Source: an uncultured Candidatus Saccharibacteria bacterium
GTDB taxonomy: Bacteria > Patescibacteriota > Doudnabacteria > UBA920
DNA length: 64,000 bases
Assembly (NCBI GenBank): GCA_964372905.1
Contig: CAYJQY010000006.1
Location: 113 to 64,112, forward strand
Reading direction: 5' to 3'
Positions 47,460 through 57,539 of this stretch are shown in pieces. Below the pieces are notes generated by a model. That model was given only the letters and a program-made list of their open reading frames with translations, did not search any database and was not told where the DNA came from. Positions within the stretch are counted from its first letter, which is position 1. Each line of letters opens with the position of its first letter. The position numbers and the translations under genes were made by a program.

Positions 47460-48515
47460 TTACATAAGCGTCCTCATAACCAAACCAATGGCCGCCGTAA
47501 GTCCCAACGAATCAAAAGCGGGCAAAGGCGGCTCGGCCAAGTGCGGAATATTTTGCCACGGGTTTGCCACTTCAATCTTGACATCATCCCCCTCCTTAAT
47601 TTCAGCTTGCAAATATTCCGACAGATTTTTCATTTTTGCCATGCCGCCGCTCAAAACTATCTTGCCGACTTTTTCCTGGGAGTGGTCATAGTGAAATTTA
47701 AGGATGTTCTTGATTTCCTCGCTCAAATTAGTAAGCAGGGGCAGGAGCGCAGTCTTGATGTTGGGATACTCGGGAGTATTGTCGATGCCGATTTGCCGTT
47801 TGATCTTTTCGGCCTGTTCGCTGGACACGCCCAAGGTTTGGGCAATGCGCTCGGTAAAGCTGTTGCCGGCAATGGGGATGGACGAGCTAAACTGCAGATT
47901 GCCCTGTTCGACCATAATCAGATTGGTCTTGAACGAGTCCAGATCAACAATCAACGAAGTCTCCGTGCTGCCGGGCGCTATCAGCGCGCGCTCCAGGCTC
48001 TGCGACTCAACCTCAATGGCGACAATATTCAAATGGGCTTTTTCCAAAGTGTGAATGTATTTATCAACGGTTTCCTTGGGCGAAGCAATAATCAGAACGG
48101 CCATGCGGCCGTCTTTGGTGCCCAAGACCTGCCAGTCAAAATAAACCTGGTCAATGGGCAGAGGAATATAGGCCTCGGCCTCGAACGGCACGGCGTTCTC
48201 CAGCTCCTGTTCGCTCATTACAGGCAGATGAATAACGCGCACGAACGATTTGGTCTCCGGCAAACTGACGATAACCCGGTTGGTGTTTATCCGTCCGTAG
48301 GCCGGCTGTTGCAAGCACTGCTCGATGAACCGCGCCAGGGTATTCTCGTCGAGAATGGTGTCGCTGGCCACCACGTTTTTGGGCAGGTTGGCATTGGCAA
48401 AACTGCGCACGCGCACCGCAGGCCCGCTGCGTTCCAGCTGCATCATCTTGACCGCCGTGCCGTTGAGCTGGAGGCCGAAGGCCGGCAATGCTATTTTGAA
48501 GGGGTTAAATTTCAT
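47460..48515 (-). CDS. pilM: type IV pilus assembly ATPase-like protein PilM (actin fold)
   Basis: 351-aa ASKHA/actin-like two-domain pattern, at the head of the pilMNO block. Confidence 0.75.
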   Translation of the reverse strand: MKFNPFKIALPAFGLQLNGTAVKMMQLERSGPAVRVRSFANANLPKNVVASDTILDENTLARFIEQCLQQPAYGRINTNRVIVSLPETKSFVRVIHLPVMSEQELENAVPFEAEAYIPLPIDQVYFDWQVLGTKDGRMAVLIIASPKETVDKYIHTLEKAHLNIVAIEVESQSLERALIAPGSTETSLIVDLDSFKTNLIMVEQGNLQFSSSIPIAGNSFTERIAQTLGVSSEQAEKIKRQIGIDNTPEYPNIKTALLPLLTNLSEEIKNILKFHYDHSQEKVGKIVLSGGMAKMKNLSEYLQAEIKEGDDVKIEVANPWQNIPHLAEPPLPAFDSLGLTAAIGLVMRTLM

Positions 48516-48534
48516 TCTTCGGATTATTATTTAT

Positions 48535-48620
48535 TGCCTCGCCGGTTGCCCGCAAGCAGCAGAGTTGCGCCTATGTTCACAGGTAGCAAATGCTGCTTGC
48601 CGGGCAATCCGGCTCGGCAA
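48535..48620. repeat. REP-like palindromic intergenic element, copy 1
   Basis: cctcgccggttgcccgcaagcagcagagttgcgc-[15-nt loop]-gcaaatgctgcttgccgggcaatccggctcggc. The long imperfect inverted repeat lies between pilM and pilC. Confidence 0.7.
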
Positions 48621-48629
48621 AGATATAAA

Positions 48630-49889
48630 TCATTGAATCGTTTGACTGATATTATAAATCGGACCAATGAGGGCGAGGGCTAAAAGGCCGACCACGCCGC
48701 CGATAACCAACAGCAGAAGCGGCTCAATGATTGAGGACAGATTGCGCATGGTATCGTCGACTTCGGTTTCGTAATGCGCGGCTAATTGCTCCAAAATATT
48801 TTCAATGGTGCCGGTTTCTTCCCCCACTTCCAGCATTTGTGTAACAATGTAGGGAAATAATTTTTCGTTCTGGCTAAAAGCCTCGGTGAGCGGCTTGCCG
48901 ATGCGGACGTTATTGGCCGTCTCACTCGCGACTTCGCGGTAATAAATGTTTCCCAGCGCGTCGCCGCTGACCTTTAGCCCCTCGACAATGGCAATGCCGC
49001 TTTTGAGCATGGAGCCGAGGATGCGGGAAAAGCGGGCCAGATTGATTTTCTTAACGATGGGGTTGATTACCGGCATGTGGAGCAAAAACCAGTCAAAGCC
49101 GCGCTTGCCGGCCGGGGTGCGCAAAAAATAGAATAATCCCCCGACAAAAACAATAAGCCCAACTATTACGGTCACGGAATGAGCGGCCATGAAATCGCTT
49201 ATGGCAATAACTATGCGCGTGGCCAAAGGCAGCTGGGTATTGAATTCCTTGAAAATCGAAGTCAGTTTCGGCAAAACGAAAATAGCCATGAGGAGCCCGA
49301 TTAAAACCATGGCCGACACAATGACCGCCGGATAAATCATGGCGCCTTTGGTCTTGCTTTTTAAGTCGGCCTCGCGTTCCAACTGGTTGCTTAAATAATC
49401 GAGGCTTTTTTCGAGATTGCCCGACATCTCCCCCACCTTAATCATGCTGATAAAAATATTGGAAAAAATACTGGGGTAGGCACCCATTGCCTCATGCAAA
49501 CTTTTCCCCGATTCCACGCCCGCGGCCAGGTCGCTGAGGATTTTTTTAAATTTTTTATTTTTAGTCTGATGAGCCAAAATGGCTAAAGCCCGCGGCCCGG
49601 CAATGCCGCTTTTGAGCATGATGGCAAAATCTTCAATAAAGACGATTTTTTCCTTCAGCGGAACCGTGCCAAAATTCCGCAGCAGGCCCAGCAGGGACGA
49701 ACGGCTCTGTTCTTCCTTTAATTCAATGGGCAACAAGCCCTGCTCTTTGAGCAGGTGGCCGGCCGCCAGCGTGGTGGCGGCATCAATGGTTCCGGATTGT
49801 TTGCCGCCCCCAGTAGCCAGGGCAGTGTAAAGAAAGCGTGGCATATTAGTAATTATCTCTTCTCGCCGCCGAGCCAGTTTGCCCGGCAA
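48630..49889 (-). CDS. pilC: type IV pilus assembly platform protein PilC (GspF family)
   Basis: Two GspF-type repeats with 3 TM helices; 419 aa. Confidence 0.85.
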   Translation of the reverse strand: MPGKLARRREEIITNMPRFLYTALATGGGKQSGTIDAATTLAAGHLLKEQGLLPIELKEEQSRSSLLGLLRNFGTVPLKEKIVFIEDFAIMLKSGIAGPRALAILAHQTKNKKFKKILSDLAAGVESGKSLHEAMGAYPSIFSNIFISMIKVGEMSGNLEKSLDYLSNQLEREADLKSKTKGAMIYPAVIVSAMVLIGLLMAIFVLPKLTSIFKEFNTQLPLATRIVIAISDFMAAHSVTVIVGLIVFVGGLFYFLRTPAGKRGFDWFLLHMPVINPIVKKINLARFSRILGSMLKSGIAIVEGLKVSGDALGNIYYREVASETANNVRIGKPLTEAFSQNEKLFPYIVTQMLEVGEETGTIENILEQLAAHYETEVDDTMRNLSSIIEPLLLLVIGGVVGLLALALIGPIYNISQTIQ

Positions 49890-49950
49890 GTAGCATTTGC
49901 ACCGAGGTACATTTGCGCAACTCTGCTACTTGCGGGCAGCTGGCGAGGCG
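49864..49950. repeat. REP-like palindromic intergenic element, copy 2 (inverted orientation)
   Basis: Its reverse complement (cgcctcgccagctgcccgcaagtagcagagttgcgc...gcaaatgctacttgccgggcaaactggctcgg) aligns with copy 1. It lies between pilC and pilB. Confidence 0.7.
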
Positions 49951-49962
49951 ACCAATGCATGA

Positions 49963-51723
49963 CTATTCTCTCGTGACTCTTAATATCTCTTCGATAGTGG
50001 TGACTCCCCGGACGGCCTTAATGAAGCCATCTTGCCACATGAGGATCGTGCCTTTGGCTTCGGCCAAGTCTTGGATTTCCTGGCTGGCCGCGCGTTTAAT
50101 GATCATTTCCCCTATTTCCGACGTAACCTCGAGAATTTCATGGACGCCCAGGCGTCCGCGGTATCCAGTATGGTTGCATTTGTCGCAGCCCTTGCCTTTA
50201 TAAAATTTCAGATCCTCGAATTTGCCGGTTTTGGCGGGTATGACTTTTTCGCGCTGAAGAACTTTCATCAATTTGTCGAGGTCGAACTGTTTGCGCAACG
50301 TGGCGGCGGTGGCTTCATCCACGTCCATCTTCTCTTTGCAATCCAGACAAATAATGCGCACCAGGCGCTGGCCCATAACCGAGTTGATGGTGGAGGCAAT
50401 GAGGTACGGCTCTTCGCCAATGTCAATTAAGCGCGGCAAGGCGCCGGCCGCGCTGTTGGTATGCAAGGTTGAGAGTACAATATGCCCGGTCATAGCCGCG
50501 TGCATGGCTTCCTCGGCCGTTTCCCGGTCGCGGATTTCTCCGATCATAATAATATTCGGATCCTGACGCAGCAGGGAGCGCAAGCCCAGAGCAAACGTCA
50601 AGCCGATTTTAGGGTTAACCTGCATCTGGTTAGTGCCGGGGATGTGGTATTCCACCGGGTCTTCGATCGTAGAAATATTTACGTTCTTGGTATTCAAAAT
50701 AGTCAAGATGGCATAAAGCGTCGTGGACTTGCCGCTGCCGGTCGGTCCGGTTATCAAAATCATACCATGCGGTTTGTGAATGCTTCGGCTGACCAAATCC
50801 AATTGCTGCGGCAAAAATCCCAGCTGCTCCAGGGTCAAGGCCTTGCTCGATTCATCAAGTAAACGCATTACCACTTTTTCGCCGTCGAACACGGGAATAG
50901 TGGACACGCGCAAACTGTACTTGTAGCCCTCTTTTTCCAGCTTGAACCGGCCGTCCTGCGGCAGACGGTGCTCATCAATTTTTAAATCCGCCAGAACTTT
51001 TATGCGCGCTACCAACGCAGCATGAATAACTTTGGGCAAAGTCATAACATCGTGGAGCACGCCGTCAATGCGGTAGCGCACGGTCACGGCGTTTTCTTGC
51101 GGCTCAATGTGAATATCCGAGGCCTTTTCTATGACCGCGTATTCGAGAAGCGTGTCCACCACCTGAATGACCGGAATTTCCTCGGCCATTTTTTTGAGCT
51201 CTTCGGCCAGGCCGGCGGCGCTCACGGCGCCAGAACCGCCCGCTTCCGTAGTCTTGCCCTCATCCACCAAGTGCTGAATTTCCCCTTCCAAATTGGAATG
51301 ATATTTTGACAGGCCGAAATCCAAACTCTGCTTGCCGATAAGATAGGCCTTGATGGACAACCCGGTCTTCTTTTTCATGAACTCCTTGGTCTGGATGTCA
51401 GTGGGGTCAACCATGGCCACGGACAGCTCGTTCTTGCCTTTGGCGAAACTGATGATCTTGTGGCGGTGGGCAATGGGCTCGGGCACCAAATTCAGGACCT
51501 CCGGCGCGATATTTTGGTCGCGCAGGTCAATCACCGGCACGCCCAGGGCCTGGCTCTTCAATTCCAGCAACGCTTTCTCATCGATAATTTTTTGGTCGAT
51601 AAGAAAGTCATCCCATTCCATGGGCTTATTCAAATGTTTAGCTTCTGCTTCCAGCTCTTTCAGCCGATCCGCGGTAACGATTTTTTTTTCTTTGAGGAGC
51701 TGATTCAGCTCGGTGGTGATCAT
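49963..51723 (-). CDS. pilB: type IV pilus assembly ATPase PilB (GspE family)
   Basis: Walker A GPTGSGKST, Asp box, Walker B and His box are present, with a tetracysteine zinc site (CLDCKEK...CDKCNHTGY) and an N-terminal GSPII domain. Confidence 0.92.
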   Translation of the reverse strand: MITTELNQLLKEKKIVTADRLKELEAEAKHLNKPMEWDDFLIDQKIIDEKALLELKSQALGVPVIDLRDQNIAPEVLNLVPEPIAHRHKIISFAKGKNELSVAMVDPTDIQTKEFMKKKTGLSIKAYLIGKQSLDFGLSKYHSNLEGEIQHLVDEGKTTEAGGSGAVSAAGLAEELKKMAEEIPVIQVVDTLLEYAVIEKASDIHIEPQENAVTVRYRIDGVLHDVMTLPKVIHAALVARIKVLADLKIDEHRLPQDGRFKLEKEGYKYSLRVSTIPVFDGEKVVMRLLDESSKALTLEQLGFLPQQLDLVSRSIHKPHGMILITGPTGSGKSTTLYAILTILNTKNVNISTIEDPVEYHIPGTNQMQVNPKIGLTFALGLRSLLRQDPNIIMIGEIRDRETAEEAMHAAMTGHIVLSTLHTNSAAGALPRLIDIGEEPYLIASTINSVMGQRLVRIICLDCKEKMDVDEATAATLRKQFDLDKLMKVLQREKVIPAKTGKFEDLKFYKGKGCDKCNHTGYRGRLGVHEILEVTSEIGEMIIKRAASQEIQDLAEAKGTILMWQDGFIKAVRGVTTIEEILRVTRE

Positions 51724-51741
51724 GTTTTTGTTTCAGGAAGT

Positions 51742-51838
51742 CCCTCGCCTCGCCAGTTGCCCGCGAATAGCAGAGTTGCACATATGTTTCTCGGAGCAAA
51801 TGCTATTCGCCGGGCAAGCTGGCTCGACAGCTTCAAGT
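51742..51838. repeat. REP-like palindromic intergenic element, copy 3
   Basis: ccctcgcctcgccagttgcccgcgaatagcagagttgcac-[loop]-aaatgctattcgccgggcaagctggctcg. The stem differs from copy 1 by paired compensatory changes. It lies upstream of pilB. Confidence 0.7.
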
Positions 51839-51937
51839 TAAAAAAGATTCGCAGGAAAGCCAAAAAGGATTTTTGGCCGGCTTTTTTATCATTAAGCCTC
51901 ATTCTTAATAAATTATAGCACAAAACGGAACAAAAAT

Positions 51938-51972
51938 CAAAAAGCTCCCCCTGCTAAGGAGAGCTTTTATTA
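51938..51972 (-). terminator. rho-independent terminator downstream of secreted-protein gene 52005..53510
   Basis: The hairpin agctccccctgctaaggagagct is flanked by A/T runs on both sides. Confidence 0.45.
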
Positions 51973-52004
51973 ACTTATTTTGGTTTTGTAATTTTAGTCT
52001 ACAA

Positions 52005-53510
52005 CTAGGGATTGAGTTGGCCGGCTACTCGGGAAGTCATTACTCCTTGTTGAGCTATGGTCTTGTCAGCGGTGTTGGCCGCTACAACATCGGACAAACT
52101 ATAGCCCCAGGAGGTAAAGACCGCCATGGAAGGAATGCCCATCAAACTGGATTGGCCAACTAATTGAATAGTGCCGCTATTGTTAACCAGGACTCCCGGA
52201 CGGTGCGCCTCGGTTGAGCTGGCTATGTTGGAGGTCTTGCTTAAGAATGACGAGTCGCCGTACTGGGCGCGACTAAAGGAAAAGCCCAGACCTTTGAACA
52301 CGGCCTCACTGGTAAAGGACGCCTTCTGGCCGCCGGTTATAAGAGCGCATTCGCCTTTTACGTCCGTACCCTTAGCTGCTGTCGCGCAGAACAGACTGCC
52401 GTCGCGCGGGGCGATGAAAGCTCCCTGCGGCAGGGCCAAGTCACCGGTGTTGGCAATGACCACCTGGCTCCAGGAAAGGAAACCGTAGGACAAGAACGCT
52501 CCGGCGGAAGTAAAGGCGCGGCGCATGTTGTCGCCGGTAATAAACCAGACCGTGCCGTCGGAGGTCTTGATCACGCTTCCGGCGCTATGCGCACCGCCTG
52601 TTGGCGGGGAGGCAACTCCGGGTTTAACCGCTAAAGCATAAACACTGAAGTGAGTCAAATTGACCGTAATGGTATTATTGACTGTGTCCACTACCACGGG
52701 CAAGGTTTCCCACTGGGCAGTGGCGCTATTGTAAAACAACACCGTCAGATTGCTTTCGTTGGTACCCGGAGGCAATTGGGATTCGTTATAGCTGAAGGTA
52801 ACGGTTACGGCGCTGTTGAAGTTGGTCACCGCAGTGCCGTTGCTGGAAGCAGAAAGAGTAAAGGGCATACCAACCAGGGCAGTGGCCCCCGCAGTGCTAA
52901 TACCCACCGTAATGCCGGCATTGGCTAACGTGGTCGTGCTGACGTTTACTGTGGTATTGCTGCCCACCGCGCCAGGAGGCACAGAGACTTGCACACTGGG
53001 CGTGCCAGTGTCGCTGGGAGTGTAAGTAGTGGTTCCTCCGGCAGAAGGCGTGGCTGTTACCGACCCCGTAGTGGTAGAAGGCCCAGACGGAGCAGATCCG
53101 CCGCCACCGCCACCGCCACCGCCACTGAAACAGGCAGTGGATGTCGGGGTCAGAGTGATATTTTCCACGGAAGAACCAGAGGCAATAACTATAGTTTCCA
53201 CTCTCGATCCGCTACAACTCGTAGTAATGGTAGCTTGATTAGTTTGACCAGAGATACTCATATGTCTGCTTGCCGAAGTCAGCGTGAACGTCGTATCGGC
53301 CGGCAAAGTTACAACTATACTATCGTCATTAACAACGAGAGAGTCGGCCTCCGAACCAGCTATAATGGTTAGGTCAATATCTGGCGCAGTCAAGGCGACC
53401 GTGGTGTCAGCGTCGTAAGTAAGGTCCTGCGCAAAGGCGATACTGGCCCCGGCTAAGCTTATGCCCAATCCCAGACCTACCGCAACTAGCCGCCTAAGAT
53501 ATTTTTTCAT
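52005..53510 (-). CDS. secreted Ser/Thr/Gly-rich surface protein with C-terminal ~170-aa FTSAGAF-repeat domain
   Basis: Signal peptide MKKYLRRLVAVGLGLGISLAGASIAFA. A poly-Gly run (GGGGGGGGG) and T/S-rich beta regions are present. The C-terminal domain is shared with the 55299..57539 protein. Confidence 0.6.
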   Translation of the reverse strand: MKKYLRRLVAVGLGLGISLAGASIAFAQDLTYDADTTVALTAPDIDLTIIAGSEADSLVVNDDSIVVTLPADTTFTLTSASRHMSISGQTNQATITTSCSGSRVETIVIASGSSVENITLTPTSTACFSGGGGGGGGGSAPSGPSTTTGSVTATPSAGGTTTYTPSDTGTPSVQVSVPPGAVGSNTTVNVSTTTLANAGITVGISTAGATALVGMPFTLSASSNGTAVTNFNSAVTVTFSYNESQLPPGTNESNLTVLFYNSATAQWETLPVVVDTVNNTITVNLTHFSVYALAVKPGVASPPTGGAHSAGSVIKTSDGTVWFITGDNMRRAFTSAGAFLSYGFLSWSQVVIANTGDLALPQGAFIAPRDGSLFCATAAKGTDVKGECALITGGQKASFTSEAVFKGLGFSFSRAQYGDSSFLSKTSNIASSTEAHRPGVLVNNSGTIQLVGQSSLMGIPSMAVFTSWGYSLSDVVAANTADKTIAQQGVMTSRVAGQLNP

Positions 53511-53547
53511 AAGGCATAATAGTTAATTGTTAAAGGATTGGTTAAGC

Positions 53548-54987
53548 TTAGGGGGCTACTGATGCCATTGCCGTCCAGGTATTTGCGGCGGTGCAAGCAT
53601 ATATCGTCGAGTCTGCGTCGCCATCGGTCCTTAGGAACATGCTTCCCTGCGCACAATCAGAGGTCGGGGCACCAGTACCAGTAGAAATAGTAACGCCGCT
53701 AGACAGCCGGATATCAGCCGTGCCGTAAGAGACTGCTTGGTAACTGTCTATTGCTCCGCTGAACAAATCCAAGCCGTAATCGAACTTAGAGGCCGCGGTA
53801 GAGTTCAAGTACCGAACTCCATATGCAGCACCGGGGGTCATAACCGCTGCTGGATCACCTCCAAGCACAGCCAAAATGGCCGCGTCTGCAGTACCATTTT
53901 CGTCTTCGCCGACTTCGCCGATAACGCCGGCCGCAGGGTAATCACTGGCGTTGGTGTCAACACTGTATTTGCCGATAACGCCGGCGATGTCGCTGACGCT
54001 GGTGGGATCAACAGTGCCCATAACATTTCCCATGACCGCACCGCCATAACTGCTACCTATGAAGTCACTAAGTGTCGCGTCCGCTTCGACTGATTGCTGA
54101 GACTCGCCGTCACTGGCACCAAATGTCGGGCTTAAAACAATCTTTGCGCCGCTAGTGGCGCCGACATCAGCCGCTGCGCCGCCAATGGTAATTGCTCCAT
54201 TAGTGGCGTTGGAGATCGTCTCGCCGTTTTGCAGGCGAATATCCGCTGTGTCAAAACTGACGGCCTTGAAATCACCGACAGCGGCGTGGAAGAGATCAAT
54301 ACCATAGGTAAATTTGCTAGTATCGAGTGTGTTCAGATACTGCACCCCATAAGCAGCATTGGCGGTAACCAAGTAGCTGGGATCGCCGCCGTCCAAGACA
54401 GCCATGAAAGCGGCATCAGCCACGCCGTCAGTTTCTGCATCAACTCCAATGGTGGCAACAACTCCGGCTTTCGGGCCAGTCAAATCGTCAGCAGTGGTCA
54501 CAGAGTAAGCGCCGATCACGCCGGCGTGGTAGCCGGCAACGGTATTGGTAAGATCATCGCCGTGGAAGTGACCCATTACAGCGGCGTGGAAAGAACTCGT
54601 GCCGCCGGCCGCGCCTTCGTATGTAAGATCACTGGCCACGGGCTGGAAAGAACCTGTGGCGGCAGTGGCTCTGGTTACCTCGTAAGTAAGACTGCCCGCG
54701 CCGCCGTTAATGGTGACGCCGCCTGTTGTAAAATCTGCGCTGCCGAGGGTCAAGCTGCCTGTAGTCAGCGCCTCGCCAATGGCGATACTGCCAGTAGTAT
54801 TCGCGCCGCCAACGGTCAGGGCTGATATGGCTGCTGAATTAACGGTCAGCGCGGCGTCAGAAACCACAGAAGTTGCGCTGAACGTCAGCGCTGCATAGGC
54901 TGCCGAGGCGGCCACAAAGAAAAACGCCAGCGACAGCGCAAACACCGAGGAAGCACGGTAACCAGCTTGAAAAGAGAATATTTTCAT
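53548..54987 (-). CDS. secreted protein with internally duplicated ~190-aa domain
   Basis: N-terminal hydrophobic signal. Two homologous halves (...AGVIGAYSV...GVQYLNTLDTSKFTYGIDLF...ADIRLQNGETIS, then ...AGVIGKYSV...GVRYLNSTAASKFDYGLDLF...ADIRLSSGVTIS). Gly/Ala/Thr-rich. Confidence 0.55.
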   Translation of the reverse strand: MKIFSFQAGYRASSVFALSLAFFFVAASAAYAALTFSATSVVSDAALTVNSAAISALTVGGANTTGSIAIGEALTTGSLTLGSADFTTGGVTINGGAGSLTYEVTRATAATGSFQPVASDLTYEGAAGGTSSFHAAVMGHFHGDDLTNTVAGYHAGVIGAYSVTTADDLTGPKAGVVATIGVDAETDGVADAAFMAVLDGGDPSYLVTANAAYGVQYLNTLDTSKFTYGIDLFHAAVGDFKAVSFDTADIRLQNGETISNATNGAITIGGAAADVGATSGAKIVLSPTFGASDGESQQSVEADATLSDFIGSSYGGAVMGNVMGTVDPTSVSDIAGVIGKYSVDTNASDYPAAGVIGEVGEDENGTADAAILAVLGGDPAAVMTPGAAYGVRYLNSTAASKFDYGLDLFSGAIDSYQAVSYGTADIRLSSGVTISTGTGAPTSDCAQGSMFLRTDGDADSTIYACTAANTWTAMASVAP

Positions 54988-55204
54988 ATTGTTTATTTTT
55001 TGTTTAATTATTAAAGTTATATTTTTTTAGTGATGATTCTCCTTTTAGAAAGGGAAAACTCGACCTATTTTCTGGCCTCTCGTTAAAGAAAACCATCACG
55101 CGAAATTTGAATTGCTTTAGTTTCTTGGACTCAAAGCTAATCTATACCTATAACGACTATAAAATAACGCCTACAATAAGTCAAACCCAAGAGTTATCCA
55201 CAAT

Positions 55205-55248
55205 ACATAGAATAAACAGCAAGAACCGCCCCGAAGGGCGGTTCTTGC
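55205..55248 (-). terminator. rho-independent terminator downstream of acidic secreted-protein gene
   Basis: A perfect 13-bp stem pairs gcaagaaccgccc with gggcggttcttgc around the loop cgaa, with a T-rich run downstream on the minus strand. Confidence 0.6.
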
Positions 55249-55298
55249 TGTAACGCTTACGCGTTACTCACTAACGCTTTAACCTATTCCATCATATA

Positions 55299-57539
55299 TT
55301 AGAAGACATTCAAGAACAGATCGTCTGTCTTGAATTCATCCAAGTTGAAGATGTAGTTGTTGTCGTTAGTGTCATCGATTTCAGTACCCCAGTTGATGGA
55401 CTCTATTTCTACGTTAACCAAGCCATCATCCCCTTCGACGATCACCGTTAGAGTGAACGATCGAGTGGTATCTTCGTCTACCTCAAAGACGTCCGCGTTG
55501 TCTTCGCTGTCAGACGTTGATGATGTCAAGGAACACGTAACTAGGGCCGCGCTGACGTCGGATACCTCAAATTCAATTCCTTCGCCTGCGTCGCCAATGG
55601 TGTCTTCGTCATCGCACGAACTGTCGATGCGCATGTCGTCATCAAAGGCGGTTGCCTTGAAGTTAACCTTGAAGGTGCCAACATCGGTTGAACCAACAGT
55701 TGCCGGATCACCAGGGGTAGTTACGGATGCGCTCGCGCTAACGAACGAGACCATAATACCTGCTTCGTAGAGAGCATGGAAATCAGGAACAGCAGTACCG
55801 GTGCGGTCGCCGGCAGCAAGATCCTCGCCCTCTTCGTCCTCAACGTCAATGGCGGCGCGCTCAACCGCGGTAACCTGCGCGCGAACGGTGTCGCCATCAA
55901 CAATACCGTCAGCAATTGACTGGAGGTCTGAAGTCACTTGGAACTCATGCTTGCCTGTATCGAGAGTCAAATCGAGGTCGTCGAAGATGATTGTCTCATC
56001 AGTTCCGGCCCCGGCCGGCACGTTTTCCGAGCCTACTTCATCACCGTCAACAATGAGGTGAACAGCGGAGATCGCGTCCTCCAGGTCCACCCCGACAGAA
56101 TCATAGTTAACCGGGAAGTCATCGATGGTTAAGTCAGACTGGCCTTTTACTTCCAAGATACCCGAGAGCAGCACTTCGTCATCGGTGTCGTCAACGTCAT
56201 CGATGTCAATAACGTGTGCTTCGTTAATGGCGTCGTCATCTTCATTGAGTGAGAGTTTCAGCTCAACGTCGGCTGAAGTCGCGAACGTCTCAAATGAGAA
56301 GGTTCGGAGAGCCGGCAGGTCGCCGGTTGCATCATCGGTCGTTGAAGCTCCCTGCGCATCGACAAAGCGAAGCGACTCAATCGTTACGTCCCAGGTATCA
56401 CCTTCATCGTCAGAGTCAAGATTGTTTATGCCAGAGACTGCAACGTAAAGATTCGCGGTAGCGTCTGACATGATCTTAGGACAGCCGGTGAGAGAGATTG
56501 TCCTGTCGTGGGCGTTGTCGTCGTTGAACTTATCCGCGTCAACGCGGGCAACCTCGGTGCTGCCAAGCCAGAGGGACACATCGGTAGCGAATTCATCAAA
56601 GTTGTCGTTCACGGCTGTATTCAGATCAAAGTTCACCCGGACAGCGGTTAAACGGATATCTGAACCGTCGTCTGCCTCGACTTCAAGGCCGGCGACTTTC
56701 ACATCGTCTTCACCCTCTCCCACTTCCTCGTTGCTGAGACTGGAGATCAGCTGGGCATCCTCGAGCGAACCGGCGCCGCCCGCGAGGGTGCAGTCGCCTG
56801 CAACCGGAGGAGGCGTGGTCGTGGTCAAGCTAGGCACTAACTGGCCCGCCATGCGGGAAGCGAGTACGCCGACTTGGGTAAGCGCGTTGTCAGCCGCGTT
56901 GGCCGGAACTGTGTTGTTGAAGGACATGCCCCAAGAGTTGAAGGTCGCAACGTCGGGGATGCCGATCAAACCGGAGTTGCCGACGAAGTAAACGGTACCG
57001 GCCTTATTGACCAAGCTGCCAGCAGGGTGCTGCATGGAAGCGCTGTCAATGTTAGAACCGGAAGCCATCCAGGAAACATCGGCGAAAGAACCATTGGCAA
57101 AATTAAAGCCAAGGCCGGTGAAGACCGAAGCAGAGGTAAAGCCGCGTCGCTGTACGCCGCCGCTACCGTCTAAGGCCATGAAATAACCCGTGCCTCTATC
57201 AGCGCCGCGATCCGAGAAGATGATAGTTCCCGGAGCGGGCGGGATGAAGGCGGGGGTGCACTGCGCGAGAGCTAAATCATCCGCGTTCGCATCAACAACT
57301 CCGGCAAAAGAATTGAAGCCGTAGCTCAAGAAGGCGCCGGCGGAAGTGTAGGCGGCTCGGCAGGGTCCGGGCAGAATCGACCAGATTGTACCGCTGGCGT
57401 TGACGTTCGTGCCAACAGCGTGAGCCGCGGCAAAAGCCGTGGTTGGCGCAAAGGCAAGAGCGGAAACAGCCATGGCAATGGACGATGCCACCGCAAAGAT
57501 TTTCCTTACTAAAGGAGAATTACTCATTATTAACTCCAT
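55299..57539 (-). CDS. secreted highly acidic (Asp-rich) surface protein with N-terminal FTSAGAF-repeat domain
   Basis: The signal peptide is followed by a ~170-aa domain homologous to the C-terminus of the 52005..53510 protein (AAYTSAGAFLSYGFNSF...RRGFTSASVFTGLGFNF...VATFNSWGMSF). Long D/E-rich beta segments follow (DIDDVDDTDDE...). Confidence 0.6.
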   Translation of the reverse strand: MELIMSNSPLVRKIFAVASSIAMAVSALAFAPTTAFAAAHAVGTNVNASGTIWSILPGPCRAAYTSAGAFLSYGFNSFAGVVDANADDLALAQCTPAFIPPAPGTIIFSDRGADRGTGYFMALDGSGGVQRRGFTSASVFTGLGFNFANGSFADVSWMASGSNIDSASMQHPAGSLVNKAGTVYFVGNSGLIGIPDVATFNSWGMSFNNTVPANAADNALTQVGVLASRMAGQLVPSLTTTTPPPVAGDCTLAGGAGSLEDAQLISSLSNEEVGEGEDDVKVAGLEVEADDGSDIRLTAVRVNFDLNTAVNDNFDEFATDVSLWLGSTEVARVDADKFNDDNAHDRTISLTGCPKIMSDATANLYVAVSGINNLDSDDEGDTWDVTIESLRFVDAQGASTTDDATGDLPALRTFSFETFATSADVELKLSLNEDDDAINEAHVIDIDDVDDTDDEVLLSGILEVKGQSDLTIDDFPVNYDSVGVDLEDAISAVHLIVDGDEVGSENVPAGAGTDETIIFDDLDLTLDTGKHEFQVTSDLQSIADGIVDGDTVRAQVTAVERAAIDVEDEEGEDLAAGDRTGTAVPDFHALYEAGIMVSFVSASASVTTPGDPATVGSTDVGTFKVNFKATAFDDDMRIDSSCDDEDTIGDAGEGIEFEVSDVSAALVTCSLTSSTSDSEDNADVFEVDEDTTRSFTLTVIVEGDDGLVNVEIESINWGTEIDDTNDNNYIFNLDEFKTDDLFLNVF

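Noticed and set aside
48535-51838. Considered whether the three repeated palindromic elements form a CRISPR array.
   Set aside because: The copies are 1.3-1.9 kb apart and separated by full-length pil genes. They are in mixed orientation and are long imperfect palindromes. This is REP/MITE-like, not repeat-spacer architecture. No cas genes are present in the window.
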